A DNA stretch of 51,613 nucleotides from Nitrosomonas sp. (lineage in GTDB: Bacteria; Pseudomonadota; Gammaproteobacteria; Burkholderiales; Nitrosomonadaceae). Under the pieces are notes generated by a model. That model was not told the origin of the DNA. It searched no databases and worked only from the letters and a program-made list of their open reading frames with translations. The stretch is taken from the NCBI GenBank assembly GCA_023257295.1, contig JALRCN010000022.1, forward strand, positions 1-51,613. Direction: 5' to 3'. Positions 1 to 10,101 of the stretch are shown in pieces (the stretch's first letter is position 1; each line of letters begins with the position of its first letter). The translations under genes were made by a program, and so were the position numbers.

Positions 1-1078
1 CGACGAGCATCTGCAAGCATGGGAAAAAGCCGCAGTGCGCAACCAAACCTCGCTCGCCACATTAAACGCCGGTCAAAGCGCGATCATTGCCGTCGGCGTC
101 ACGCTGCTGATGCTGCTGGCTGCACAGCAAGTGATCGACGGCCGCATGACGCTGGGCGACCTGGTTCTGGTCAATGCATTCATGTTGCAATTGTACTTGC
201 CGCTGCATTTTCTCGGCTTTGTCTATCGCGAGATCAAGCACTCGCTGGCGGATATGGAGCGGATGTTCACGTTATTGCGCGAGAACCGGGAAATTCAAGA
301 CAAACCGGATGCAAAAACGCTCGGTGCGCAGCATCCGGCAATCGATTTTGCCCACGTCGATTTCAGCTATGAACCCAACCGTCAGATTTTGTTCGACGTG
401 AGTTTCACCGTTCCGGCCGGACAAAACATCGCCGTAGTGGGAAAAAGCGGCTCGGGGAAATCCACGCTGGCACGCTTGTTGTTCCGTTTCTATGACGTGC
501 AATCCGGTGCCATCCGGATTAACAACCAGGATATCCGCAATGTCACGCAACAAAGCTTGCGCGCCGCCATCGGCATCGTGCCGCAAGATACGGTACTGTT
601 CAACGACAGCATTTATTGCAATATCGCCTATGGACGCCCCGAGGCTGCACCGGAAGAAATTTACGCCGCAGCCAAATCGGCGTATATCCACGATTTCATC
701 GAAAGCTTGCCGCAAAAATACGAAACCGTGGTCGGCGAACGCGGCCTGAAATTATCCGGCGGCGAAAAACAACGTGTCGCCATCGCACGCACCATTCTGA
801 AGAATCCCGCTATTTTGATTTTCGACGAAGCCACATCGGCATTGGATTCGCAATCGGAAAAAAGCATCCAAGCAGAACTGAAACGCATCGCCGTCAACCG
901 TACCACGCTCACCATCGCGCACCGGCTATCGACCATCGCCGACGCAGATCAAATCCTAGTGATGGATCAAGGCCGCATCATCGAACGCGGCACGCATGTG
1001 CAATTATTGGCAGCAAATGGCGCGTATGCGCGCATGTGGGAAATACAGCAGCAAGAAGAAACGGATCGCGCCCCTTGA
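1..1078 (+). CDS. ATM1/HMT1-type ABC transporter (permease + ATP-binding), 5'-truncated by window edge
   Basis: TM segment, then Walker A GKSGSGKST, signature LSGGEKQR, Walker B ILIFDEATSALD and AHRLST; LYLPLHFLGFVYREIK is typical of ATM1-like exporters. Confidence 0.9.
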   Translation, partial: DEHLQAWEKAAVRNQTSLATLNAGQSAIIAVGVTLLMLLAAQQVIDGRMTLGDLVLVNAFMLQLYLPLHFLGFVYREIKHSLADMERMFTLLRENREIQDKPDAKTLGAQHPAIDFAHVDFSYEPNRQILFDVSFTVPAGQNIAVVGKSGSGKSTLARLLFRFYDVQSGAIRINNQDIRNVTQQSLRAAIGIVPQDTVLFNDSIYCNIAYGRPEAAPEEIYAAAKSAYIHDFIESLPQKYETVVGERGLKLSGGEKQRVAIARTILKNPAILIFDEATSALDSQSEKSIQAELKRIAVNRTTLTIAHRLSTIADADQILVMDQGRIIERGTHVQLLAANGAYARMWEIQQQEETDRAP

Positions 1079-1099
1079 CTGCGGCGATGTATTCGAAAC

Positions 1100-1723
1100 C
1101 TATTCAACGATCCGGCTTATCGCATCCAACATACTTCGATACTCACGATAATCGACCGCAATCGGAAATACCTTGCCTTTGTACTCAAGTCGCAACGAAG
1201 GATAGGAATAGACATCCATTTGCCGCGCCGATTGAATGTCTTGCTGCAACTGCAATTGTGTTTCTACACTGACAAGATCCCGGTTGAAAATCGCTTCATC
1301 CAGACCGATTGTTTGCGCGCATGCTTGCAGGGTTTCCGGCAACGACGGATTTTTCGCCTGCCGGTAATACGCTGCCTGGATCGCCTTGATCATCTCCCCT
1401 TCCGCATCGACACGTTGCTTCTTAGCCGCCAAAACAGCCCGGCAAGCAGGGTATGTCGAACGAATGGGCGTATTGCGCGACCAGAACTCCCAATTGAAAT
1501 GAACGCCGGGCACGCTTTGCTCAATACGCCGCCATGCCTGCTGCACCATTTGTTGCGTTTCAAGCGGCATCGGCTGCATTGTATCCGGCGCCAATCCGCC
1601 GACGAGACAAACGACCTCGATATTGCTCGGAAGATCCCGCTGCAACGCCGTCCAGCTTTGACTGAACGCATAACACCAACTGCACATCGGATCGTGGATA
1701 TAAAAAATGCGGGAGGATTTCAT
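1100..1723 (-). CDS. DsbA-family thioredoxin-fold protein
   Basis: N-terminal HDPMCSWC (CxxC) motif and C-terminal SYPSL cis-Pro-like motif. Confidence 0.8.
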   Translation of the reverse strand: MKSSRIFYIHDPMCSWCYAFSQSWTALQRDLPSNIEVVCLVGGLAPDTMQPMPLETQQMVQQAWRRIEQSVPGVHFNWEFWSRNTPIRSTYPACRAVLAAKKQRVDAEGEMIKAIQAAYYRQAKNPSLPETLQACAQTIGLDEAIFNRDLVSVETQLQLQQDIQSARQMDVYSYPSLRLEYKGKVFPIAVDYREYRSMLDAISRIVE

Positions 1724-1780
1724 GAAGCACTGCTCGTCGTTTATTCTGGCGGCGACAACCGGTCAACCGGGATTCATAAG

Positions 1781-2611
1781 CTACCCGATCAAACTCAACA
1801 ACCGGCGCGTTTCCTTTTCATCCAATTCCAGCCATTGTCCGCGTTTAATTCTGGGCGGCAGGTTGATCGGGCCGAAACGGACGCGCATCAAGCGGCTCAC
1901 CGTCAAACCGATTGCTTCAAACATGCGCCGCACTTCGCGGTTTTTGCCTTCTTTGAGGATAACGCGATACCAATGATTGGCACCTTCTCCGCCTTGATCG
2001 GCGAGATAAGTGAATGCCGCTTGGCCGTCTTCCAATTCGATGCCGGCGGTGAGTTGCTCCATTTGTTCGTCGGTGAGTTCGCCGAGTATGCGCACGGCAT
2101 ATTCGCGCTCCATTTCAAAGCGCGGATGCATAAGCCGGTTTGCCAATGCGCCGTCGTTGGTAAAAATCAGCAAGCCGCTGGTATTGAAATCCAGCCGCCC
2201 GATGGCGATCCATTTCGACGACCGCAGGTACGGCAACTTATCGAAAACGGAGGGACGGCCTTGCGGATCGTCGCGACTGACGATTTCACCTTCCGGTTTG
2301 TGATACAGCAGAACCTTAGGCAGATCCTCTTCGGCATGAATACGGATCACGCGCCTGCCGATGCGGACAATATCGCCCGGCCCGGCGCGATCGCCAAGTA
2401 CCGCCGTTTTACCGTTCAAAGTGATGTTGCCTTCGGCAATCAGTGCCTCCATCTCGCGGCGCGAACCCAGTCCCTTTTGTGCCAATAGCTTTTGCAGTTT
2501 GAAAGTTGCCGCTGGCGGTGCCTTGCTGGCCGTCGGTGCGCTCTGAATGGGCACACACTCAACGGACGGTGTTTTTTTCTTGGCCGGACGAAACGGTGTT
2601 CTTACTTTCAT
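1781..2611 (-). CDS. rluB: 23S rRNA pseudouridine synthase, RluB/RsuA family
   Basis: S4 domain LQKLLAQKGLGSRRE, catalytic GRLD motif, EGKNREVRRM. Confidence 0.85.
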   Translation of the reverse strand: MKVRTPFRPAKKKTPSVECVPIQSAPTASKAPPAATFKLQKLLAQKGLGSRREMEALIAEGNITLNGKTAVLGDRAGPGDIVRIGRRVIRIHAEEDLPKVLLYHKPEGEIVSRDDPQGRPSVFDKLPYLRSSKWIAIGRLDFNTSGLLIFTNDGALANRLMHPRFEMEREYAVRILGELTDEQMEQLTAGIELEDGQAAFTYLADQGGEGANHWYRVILKEGKNREVRRMFEAIGLTVSRLMRVRFGPINLPPRIKRGQWLELDEKETRRLLSLIG

Positions 2612-3570
2612 GATTTCCCGGATTCGATGGTTTTTTCAATAGCATCGAGCATCAATGCAGCGACATTTAGGCCGGTTTGTTGGGTGATTTCCTGCATACC
2701 GGTCGGGCTGGTCACGTTAATTTCTGTCAAGTAATCGCCGATCACATCCAATCCGACCAGCAACAAACCGCGTTTGAGCAATTCCGGGCCAAGTGTTGCG
2801 GCGATTGTACGGTCGCGCTCGGATAGCGGTTGCACTTTTCCGGTACCGCCCGCCGCCAGATTGCCGCGCGTTTCTCCCGGTTTCGGGATACGCGCCAATG
2901 CGTACGGTACGGCTTTCCCGGCAATCAACAAAATGCGCTTATCGCCTTGCTCGATTTCGGGAATAAAACGCTGCGCCATGATGGTGCACGTGCCGTAATG
3001 CGTCAGCGTTTCGAGAATCACACTGAGATTGTGATCGGCGCCGTGCACTCTGAATACGCTGGCACCGCCCATGCCGTCCAACGGTTTGAGCACGATGTCT
3101 TGGTGCTTGCTCAAGAATTCCCGGATCAAATGCGGTTGACTGGTGACCAACGTCGGTGCCGTGAATTGCGAGAATTGCGCGATTGCCAGTTTTTCGTTGT
3201 GATCGCGGATGGCTTTAGGGCTATTGATAACCCACGCTCCCTGCGCTTGCGCCAGTTCCAGCAAGTATGTGCTGTAAACGTATTCCATGTCGAACGGCGG
3301 ATCTTTGCGCATCAACACGGCCTCGAACGCATGCAACGGCATTGCCGCGATATCGCCGGTTTGATACCAGCGGCCGTTCGTGTGCGGCGTGTCCGTCAAT
3401 GACAACGTTCTTGAAAAACCGGTCACGATATTATTAATCAATATAATATCGTGCTGATAAAGCACATAAACCCGATGATCTCTGGCGATGGCTTCGCGGA
3501 TCATCGCATAGCTGGAATCCTTTCCGGTTTTGATCGAATCAAGTTGATCGACGATAAACGCGAGCTTCAT
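2608..3570 (-). CDS. gshB: Glutathione synthetase
   Basis: MRKDPPFDMEY, KPLDGMGG, RGNLAAGG, EINVTSPTG; start placed at MKLAFI, whose ATG overlaps the gshA stop. Confidence 0.95.
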   Translation of the reverse strand: MKLAFIVDQLDSIKTGKDSSYAMIREAIARDHRVYVLYQHDIILINNIVTGFSRTLSLTDTPHTNGRWYQTGDIAAMPLHAFEAVLMRKDPPFDMEYVYSTYLLELAQAQGAWVINSPKAIRDHNEKLAIAQFSQFTAPTLVTSQPHLIREFLSKHQDIVLKPLDGMGGASVFRVHGADHNLSVILETLTHYGTCTIMAQRFIPEIEQGDKRILLIAGKAVPYALARIPKPGETRGNLAAGGTGKVQPLSERDRTIAATLGPELLKRGLLLVGLDVIGDYLTEINVTSPTGMQEITQQTGLNVAALMLDAIEKTIESGKS

Positions 3571-4856
3571 GGCTTCGTTTGCGCAGCCGGATCGGTTTGC
3601 TCCAGCTCCAACGCGGCGGCCAATAGCGCAAGACGCGCAACGACACCGTAGGCGTAGAAACGATTCGGAATGATATTCGGTCGTGCAGCGTTGGCTTCCA
3701 GGCAAGTGGATTCAAACGCCAGCGGCACAAAATGCATGCCCGGCGCGTTCAGATTCTCGTCGATGCCGCGCCCGGTATGCACGCGGTAAAAACCGCCGAC
3801 GACGTAATGGTCGATCATGTATACCACCGGCTCCGCAACCGCCTGATTGATGGTTTCAAAAGTGTAAACGCCTTCTTGCACCAGCACATTGGAAACTTGC
3901 AATCCTTCTTTCACCACCGCCATTTTGTTGCGCTGCTTGCGGTTGAGGCTGTGGATATCCTCTCCGCTTTTGACCGTCATGATGCCCATGCCGTAAGTGC
4001 CAGAATCGGCTTTGACGATGACGAAAGGCTCCTCTTTAACGCCATACTGCTGATATTTCTTTTCAATTACCGACAAGATGCGGTCAATCGCCGCAGCCAG
4101 ACAGTCTACACCCTGCTTTTCCAGAAAATTGATTTCGCCGCACGAAGAAAAACGCGGATTGATCAACCAGGGATCGATGCCGATCAATTCGGAGAATTCC
4201 TGCGCCACGCGGTCGTATGCGGCAAAGTGATTGGATTTTTTACGCGTGGCCCAACCTGCATGCAGCGGCGGCATAACCGTTTGATGCAATCCTTGCAGAA
4301 TGTCCGGTACGCCGGTCGACAAATCGTTGTTGAGCAATACCGCACACGGCTCAAAATTACCGACGCTCAATTTATTGTCTTTGCGCACAATCGGCTCCAG
4401 CGTAATCGATTGCCCATCGGGCAGATCGATCTTGGCAGCCGCATCGATTTCGGGCAACAACGTACCCAATCGCACATTCAATCCGGCGCGTTGCATGATA
4501 TTTTGCAACGTCGCCACATTTTGCAGGTAAAAAGTATTGCGCGTGTGATTTTCCGGGATCAACAACACACTGTGCGTTTCCGGGCAGATCTTTTCAATCG
4601 CGCTCATCATCGCTTGCACGCACAACGGTATGAATTCCGGATTCAGGTTGTTAAACCCACCAGGAAACAAATTGGTATCGACCGGTGCCAGCTTGAATCC
4701 GCTATTGCGCAAATCGACCGAACAATAAAATGGAATCTCATGCTCGCGCCATTTTTTGCGCAACCAGTGTTCGATGGTCGGCATGGCGTTGATGATGCGA
4801 TTTTCCAGTTCGAGAATCGGACCGCGCAAAGCGGTGGATAGATGAGGTACCGGCAT
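3567..4856 (-). CDS. gshA: Glutamate--cysteine ligase (betaproteobacterial/ATP-grasp-like GshA)
   Basis: VPHLSTAL...FYCSVDLRNSGFKLAPVDTNLFPGGFNNL, KADSGTYGMG; directly upstream of gshB; start placed at MPVPHL. Confidence 0.9.
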   Translation of the reverse strand: MPVPHLSTALRGPILELENRIINAMPTIEHWLRKKWREHEIPFYCSVDLRNSGFKLAPVDTNLFPGGFNNLNPEFIPLCVQAMMSAIEKICPETHSVLLIPENHTRNTFYLQNVATLQNIMQRAGLNVRLGTLLPEIDAAAKIDLPDGQSITLEPIVRKDNKLSVGNFEPCAVLLNNDLSTGVPDILQGLHQTVMPPLHAGWATRKKSNHFAAYDRVAQEFSELIGIDPWLINPRFSSCGEINFLEKQGVDCLAAAIDRILSVIEKKYQQYGVKEEPFVIVKADSGTYGMGIMTVKSGEDIHSLNRKQRNKMAVVKEGLQVSNVLVQEGVYTFETINQAVAEPVVYMIDHYVVGGFYRVHTGRGIDENLNAPGMHFVPLAFESTCLEANAARPNIIPNRFYAYGVVARLALLAAALELEQTDPAAQTKP

Positions 4857-4968
4857 TGTTATAAAAATGATTGAATCAAAGCCATTATAGCATCTTGTAC
4901 TGTATCGATTGTGATCGCTCCGATCCTGCAGTATCTTTACGGCTTTATCTCCTATCGTCACCTTCGCC

Positions 4969-6948
4969 ATGTTCAATCCCTTGCAGCCTGTCCTTATCTT
5001 GTTGGCCGTCGCCGTTTTGGCTGTGGTTGTGTTTCGCTTATTGCGTTTGCCGCCCATGCTAGGGTATCTATTGGCTGGCGTCGTCATCGGGCCGCATGCG
5101 CTGGGATGGATTCCAGACAGCGATGAGACGCGCCACTTGGCGGAATTCGGCGTGGTATTTTTAATGTTTAGCATCGGTCTCGAATTCAGCCTGCCGAAGC
5201 TCATCGCAATGAAACGCATTGTGTTTGGTTTCGGAACCTCACAGGTGGTCGTCTCCATTCTGGCGGTAATCGCAATCGCTTGGCTATTTCAGTTGGATTG
5301 GCGCGTAGGATTGATACTTGGCGGCGCTTTGGCAATGTCATCCACCGCAATTGTCAGCAAATTGCTGACCGAACGTGCCGAACTCAATTCGGCACACGGC
5401 AAGCAAATCATCGGCGTATTGTTGCTGCAAGACTTGGCGGTGATTCCGTTACTGATCATCATCCCCGCTTTGGCGAGCCAGGCAAGCTCGGAAGCCGATG
5501 ATTTTACGTTGACGCTGATGATTGCGATGCTGAAAGTCGCCGTGGTTTTAACCTTCATTTTTTTCATCGGCCAAAAACTGATGCGTCCTTGGTTTCATCT
5601 GGTCGCCCGGCAAAAATCGTCGGAACTGTTTGTACTCAATGTATTGCTGATTACCTTAGGATTGGCCTGGATCACCGAACTGGCGGGATTGTCGCTGGCG
5701 TTGGGCGCATTCCTCGCCGGTATGTTGATCTCGGAAACCGAATACCGCTACCAAGTGGAAGACGACATCAAACCTTTTCGGGACGTGCTGCTGGGTTTGT
5801 TTTTCGTCACCATCGGTATGCTGCTCGATATGCAAGTGGTGTTTGAAGGCTTTGCATGGATACTGGTCATTTTATTGGCGCTGACTGTGTCTAAAGTCGC
5901 CGTGATCGCCGTGTTGTCGCGCTTATTCGGCGCAAATCCTGGCGTTGCGGTCAGAACGGGATTAAGTTTGGCGCAAGCCGGAGAATTCGGTTTTGTATTG
6001 TTGGCGCAAGCCAGCGAATTCGGCTTGGTTGAAAATACCGTGCTGCAGCCGGTACTGGCGGCGATGGTACTATCGATGTTCACGGCACCATTTTTAATCG
6101 AATACAGCGAAGCAACAATTCAGCGCTTTTATAGCTCCGACTGGATGCATCGCGCGATGCAGATAACCTCTATCGCATCGCAAACGATGGCAACACAGGA
6201 TCATGCGATTATTTGCGGTTACGGACGTAGCGGCCAAAGCATCGCACGGATTCTGGAGCAGGAAAATATTCCGTTTATCGCACTAGACTTAGATCCGCAC
6301 CGCATTCAGGAAGCAACCCAAGCGGGCGAATCGGTAGTGTATGGCGATGCCGCGCGGCGTGAAGTGCTGACTGCAGCAGGCTTGATGCGTGCAAAAGTAC
6401 TGATAATCAGCTACGCGGATACGGTTTCTGCGCTAAAAATCCTGAAACTGGTACAAGAATTGCGACCCGATTTATCCGTCGTAGTCAGAACTCATGACGA
6501 TTCGAATATCGATCTATTAAAGGAAGCGGGTGCCACGGAAGTCGTTGCGGAAATCATGGAAGGCAGCCTGATGCTGGCATCGCACGCGCTGATGTTCGCC
6601 GATATCTCTGCGGCACGCATCATGCAACGCATCCGGGAAATCCGCGAGCAGCGCTATCGGCTATTGCGCGGTTTTTATCACGGCTCGGACGAAACGGACG
6701 ATAGCAACGAAAAATACTTCCCGCGCTTACTAACCCTCACCATTCCACCCGATGCTGCGGTCATCGATCAAGCTTTACGAGATATCGACCTCGCCAGCTT
6801 ATCCGTCGAAGTCACTGCCGTTAGAAGACGCAATATCCGCGGGCTGCTTCCCACCGGTGAAACACGACTGCAATCCGGCGATGTGGTCGTGCTCAGAGGC
6901 ACTCAAGAAAATCTCGCCGCTGCTGAAATTAAATTGATGCAAGGCTGA
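4969..6948 (+). CDS. CPA2-family monovalent cation:proton antiporter (Kef-like) with TrkA-N and TrkA-C domains
   Basis: About 12 hydrophobic segments, LAMSSTAIV, LLQD, IICGYGRSGQ Rossmann (RCK) motif, C-terminal TrkA-C-like region. Confidence 0.9.
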   Translation: MFNPLQPVLILLAVAVLAVVVFRLLRLPPMLGYLLAGVVIGPHALGWIPDSDETRHLAEFGVVFLMFSIGLEFSLPKLIAMKRIVFGFGTSQVVVSILAVIAIAWLFQLDWRVGLILGGALAMSSTAIVSKLLTERAELNSAHGKQIIGVLLLQDLAVIPLLIIIPALASQASSEADDFTLTLMIAMLKVAVVLTFIFFIGQKLMRPWFHLVARQKSSELFVLNVLLITLGLAWITELAGLSLALGAFLAGMLISETEYRYQVEDDIKPFRDVLLGLFFVTIGMLLDMQVVFEGFAWILVILLALTVSKVAVIAVLSRLFGANPGVAVRTGLSLAQAGEFGFVLLAQASEFGLVENTVLQPVLAAMVLSMFTAPFLIEYSEATIQRFYSSDWMHRAMQITSIASQTMATQDHAIICGYGRSGQSIARILEQENIPFIALDLDPHRIQEATQAGESVVYGDAARREVLTAAGLMRAKVLIISYADTVSALKILKLVQELRPDLSVVVRTHDDSNIDLLKEAGATEVVAEIMEGSLMLASHALMFADISAARIMQRIREIREQRYRLLRGFYHGSDETDDSNEKYFPRLLTLTIPPDAAVIDQALRDIDLASLSVEVTAVRRRNIRGLLPTGETRLQSGDVVVLRGTQENLAAAEIKLMQG

Positions 6949-6993
6949 ATTTTATTAAGGTCACTTCTATAAATCTTTACATCCGGTAGACAC

Positions 6994-7707
6994 CTAGCGG
7001 GATAAAAAGGTAATCTTTTTGATAAACGCTTCGGCGCCGCCTTGGGTATTTTTGGTATTGGCCTGAAAGGCAATTCCAGTAATCGGCGGTGTTTTATCGT
7101 GCTTGAAAGTGGCGCGGAATTTTTCATCGACTTCAAAATCGGTAGTAATGACGGCGCCCGATTGCTCACCGGAAGCGACGCAAAAATATCGTCCGCCCTC
7201 TTTCCATAGTTTGCCCACATACATTCGATCCATCTCCTCAGCCTTGCCAATAAAAGGGCTCAGAAAATAGGGTGCCGCATAGATGCCGAGAGGCAAGCCG
7301 CTGGAAAGCTTTTCGGTTCCAAATGACAGCATAACGGCAATGGAGACGCTGTTAATTCCTTCGTTCCAATTAGCGCCCTGGGGATACTTATTTACGCCCC
7401 AAACGATTTCCACGCGCTTAACGTTGTGGATAAAGTTCTGTTGCTGCAACTGCAAACCGAACAATCCGGCCATTTCGCCATCAGTGCTGATGACTAGGGT
7501 ATCGTTTTCAAATCTGGGGTTCAGTTTTTTTGCATCCAATTGAAGCTCGAATCCTCGTTCTTTCAACCAGGAAACGGCGCTGCCATTCGAATTACCGGAA
7601 AAATCGATCACATGAACAATTTTTTCATCCGCTACGGCAAACGGCACCCCGCACAACAAAAATAGAACGCCAATTAAAAAACGTTGATTCGGGAAGTGCC
7701 AATTCAT
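6994..7707 (-). CDS. Hypothetical exported protein
   Basis: 237-aa ORF with an N-terminal signal-peptide-like hydrophobic stretch ending AVA; no motif recognised. Confidence 0.7.
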   Translation of the reverse strand: MNWHFPNQRFLIGVLFLLCGVPFAVADEKIVHVIDFSGNSNGSAVSWLKERGFELQLDAKKLNPRFENDTLVISTDGEMAGLFGLQLQQQNFIHNVKRVEIVWGVNKYPQGANWNEGINSVSIAVMLSFGTEKLSSGLPLGIYAAPYFLSPFIGKAEEMDRMYVGKLWKEGGRYFCVASGEQSGAVITTDFEVDEKFRATFKHDKTPPITGIAFQANTKNTQGGAEAFIKKITFLSR

Positions 7708-7799
7708 TTGCCAAGCAAGAAGATGATGTCAGTCCGCTCATTTTACATCGCCCCCCACCACCAAGGTGTGAATTTTCCAGCTTCTCGGCTGGATAAGAG

Positions 7800-7861
7800 G
7801 ACATCTCTAAAAATTCATATTTTGTTTCAATACTTCGTTACTCACAATTTTTAGAGCCGTC
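7800..7861. repeat. Imperfect 16-bp inverted repeat around a 30-bp AT-rich spacer (possible IS/MITE scar)
   Basis: gacatctctaaaaatt (7800-7815) vs aatttttagagccgtc (7846-7861), 14/16 complementary. Confidence 0.5.
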
Positions 7862-8213
7862 AGGATTGTTTTCGGGAATATTCCGCTTCGGCTTCTATCC
7901 AGGGAATTACAGAGACTTCATCCGATTGTAACCCTATTCATGCGTCTTTTTCCGATTCGGTTCGGTTCGTTTTGTTTTTCTTGTATCTTTTGAAAGTATT
8001 ACCATCGTCTTGTCGTCAGGTGGCGACCGAACGATTCAGGCATCGGGTATCGTAACGCATAACGACGGTACCGGCCTGGCGGCAAGCAATTTAACATTTT
8101 AATTTACCTGCTTAAGCTCAAATCAACTTCGATCAATCTGAGAACCGACCGCAAAAATCCCTATTTTCATTGTGACTTTTAAAAAGATTTCAGTCATTTA
8201 CCACACGCAGGAA

Positions 8214-8242
8214 TAGACAGCAAAACGAAGAAAGTGTATATT
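8214..8242 (+). promoter_or_regulatory. Putative sigma70 promoter of nirK
   Basis: TAGACA (8214-8219), 17-bp spacer, TATATT (8237-8242). Confidence 0.55.
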
Positions 8243-8367
8243 CGCTGTTCCGCCCTTTGCTCTTTTGAAAAAGGGCAGGTGTTGGTGCAATCTGGCAGTT
8301 TAGATTGTTTCAGCAGAATAGAATGGCGCATTAATAAGCGTAAAGTTCATCATTTATGGAGGGAGAT

Positions 8368-9465
8368 ATGATTAAAGCTGTTCAAGCAATTGTAGGTTTA
8401 GGATTGCTTTGTTTTGCTGCCACACAAGTAGCAGTGGCTCAAGACATTTCAAAATTACCGCGTGTAAAACAAGCATTGGTGGCTCCACCGAATGTACCAG
8501 CACACGATCAAGTTTCAAAAGGACCTAAAGTCGTTGAAGTTACGATGGAAACCCAAGAGAAGCTGATCGAAGTTGCTCCCGGTGCGAAAGTATGGGCGCT
8601 GACTTTCAATGGTAGCGTTCCTGGTCCGCTGATTGTTGTTAACGAAGGCGACTATGTTGAACTGACCCTGAGAAATCCAAAATCCAGCACATTGGCGCAT
8701 AACGTGGACTTCCACGCTGCTACCGGCGCTCTGGGCGGCGCAGGTTTAACCTTGGTTCAACCTGGTGAAGAAGTTGTATTGCGTTGGAAAGCAATCAAAC
8801 CAGGCGTATTCGTTTACCATTGCGCACCTGGCGGAACAATGATTCCGTTCCACGTTATTTCCGGCATGAGCGGCGCCATTATGGTGTTGCCAAAAGACGG
8901 CCTGAAAGACAACAAAGGCAAACCATATCGTTATGACCGTGCTTACTACATCGGCGAACAAGACTTCTATCTGCCGAAAGACGACAAAGGCAACTACAAA
9001 ACCTACGATTCACCAGCCGCTGGCATGGGCGACATGTTGGAAGTTGCTAAAGGCCTGATCCCAACTCACGTTGTATTCAACGGCGCGGTTGGTGCACTGA
9101 CCGGCGACAACGCACTGAAAGCTAAAGTTGGCGAGAAAGTTCTGTTTGTTCACTCTCAAGCTAACCGTCCTTCATACCCACACTTGATCGGCGGTCACGG
9201 CGATCTGTACTGGGTAGGCGGATCATTCAGCGACACACCGCTGACCAGCCAAGAAACCTGGTTTGTTCCAGCAGGTGCAGCAGTTGCAGCAGCATATGAA
9301 TTCCATCAACCCGGTTTGCATGTATACCTCAGTCATAACCTGATTGAAGCCGTATTGCTGGGTGCTGCCGCTCACATGACTGTTGAAGGTAAGTGGAACG
9401 ACGACATCATGACTCAAGTTAAAGCACCTGCCAGCTACGACGCAAAAGCTGGCATGGATCACTAA
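8368..9465 (+). CDS. nirK: Copper-containing nitrite reductase
   Basis: Signal peptide; [23 protein letters not shown] (type 1/2 Cu ligands), [14 protein letters not shown]; GGAG RBS before ATG 8368. Confidence 0.95.
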   Translation: MIKAVQAIVGLGLLCFAATQVAVAQDISKLPRVKQALVAPPNVPAHDQVSKGPKVVEVTMETQEKLIEVAPGAKVWALTFNGSVPGPLIVVNEGDYVELTLRNPKSSTLAHNVDFHAATGALGGAGLTLVQPGEEVVLRWKAIKPGVFVYHCAPGGTMIPFHVISGMSGAIMVLPKDGLKDNKGKPYRYDRAYYIGEQDFYLPKDDKGNYKTYDSPAAGMGDMLEVAKGLIPTHVVFNGAVGALTGDNALKAKVGEKVLFVHSQANRPSYPHLIGGHGDLYWVGGSFSDTPLTSQETWFVPAGAAVAAAYEFHQPGLHVYLSHNLIEAVLLGAAAHMTVEGKWNDDIMTQVKAPASYDAKAGMDH

Positions 9466-9499
9466 GATTTTTAATCTAGTGTAGCTTTAAAGTGGCATC

Positions 9500-9534
9500 A
9501 AAAGGCCTCAACCTGCAAAGGTTGAGGCCTTTTT
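9500..9534 (+). terminator. Rho-independent terminator after nirK
   Basis: aaaaggcctcaacct-gcaa-aggttgaggcctttt hairpin with T-tract. Confidence 0.9.
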
Positions 9535-9568
9535 CATTGTGTACTTTCACCATTTCTTATTGAATACC

Positions 9569-10096
9569 ATGTCGATTAAATCCCATATCCGCACTGTTCC
9601 GCATTATCCGCATCACGGCATTATGTTCCGCGACATCACAACGCTATTGAAAGACCCTGTCGGATTACGCACGACAATACAAGAAATCACACATCGCTAT
9701 GACACGGTCGAAATCGACAAAGTGGCCGGTATCGAATCGCGCGGGTTCATCATCGGTGCGCCGGTAGCGTATCAGATGGAAAAAGGCTTTGTTCCTATTC
9801 GCAAGCAAAACAAATTACCGGCCGAAACCATCGGCAGGGATTATCAACTGGAATACGGCAGCGACCGGATTGAGATTCATGTCGACGCCATTCAACCCGG
9901 AGATCGTGTATTGCTGGTTGACGATTTGATCGCCACCGGCGGCACAGCCGAAGCAGCGGCGGGATTGATTCAGGATATGGGTGGCATTGTTGTCGAGTGC
10001 TGCTTCGTTATCGATTTGCCCGATGTCGGCGGCCGGACTCGTTTGGAGAAACTCGGTCACAAAGTATTTGCACTGTGCACGTTTGACGGCGAATAA
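9569..10096 (+). CDS. apt: Adenine phosphoribosyltransferase
   Basis: GIMFRDITTLL, GIESRGF, PRPP-binding LLVDDLIATGGT. Confidence 0.95.
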   Translation: MSIKSHIRTVPHYPHHGIMFRDITTLLKDPVGLRTTIQEITHRYDTVEIDKVAGIESRGFIIGAPVAYQMEKGFVPIRKQNKLPAETIGRDYQLEYGSDRIEIHVDAIQPGDRVLLVDDLIATGGTAEAAAGLIQDMGGIVVECCFVIDLPDVGGRTRLEKLGHKVFALCTFDGE

Positions 10097-10101
10097 TCGA
10101 A

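Noticed and set aside
1220-2488. 422-aa plus-strand ORF
   Set aside because: Antisense shadow of the DsbA-like and rluB genes; no motifs. The same applies to the other long antisense ORFs (e.g. 3732-4841, 23559-24698, 39658-40365).
4857-5258. 134-aa N-terminal extension of GshA in the ORF track
   Set aside because: It overlaps the antiporter gene on the opposite strand; recognisable GshA sequence starts at MPVPHL (4856)
7860-8100. Possible minus-strand gene relic (..PWIEAEAEY..)
   Set aside because: Too short and interrupted to assign to a family
8100-8360. NsrR or FNR box upstream of nirK
   Set aside because: No adequate match to either consensus was seen
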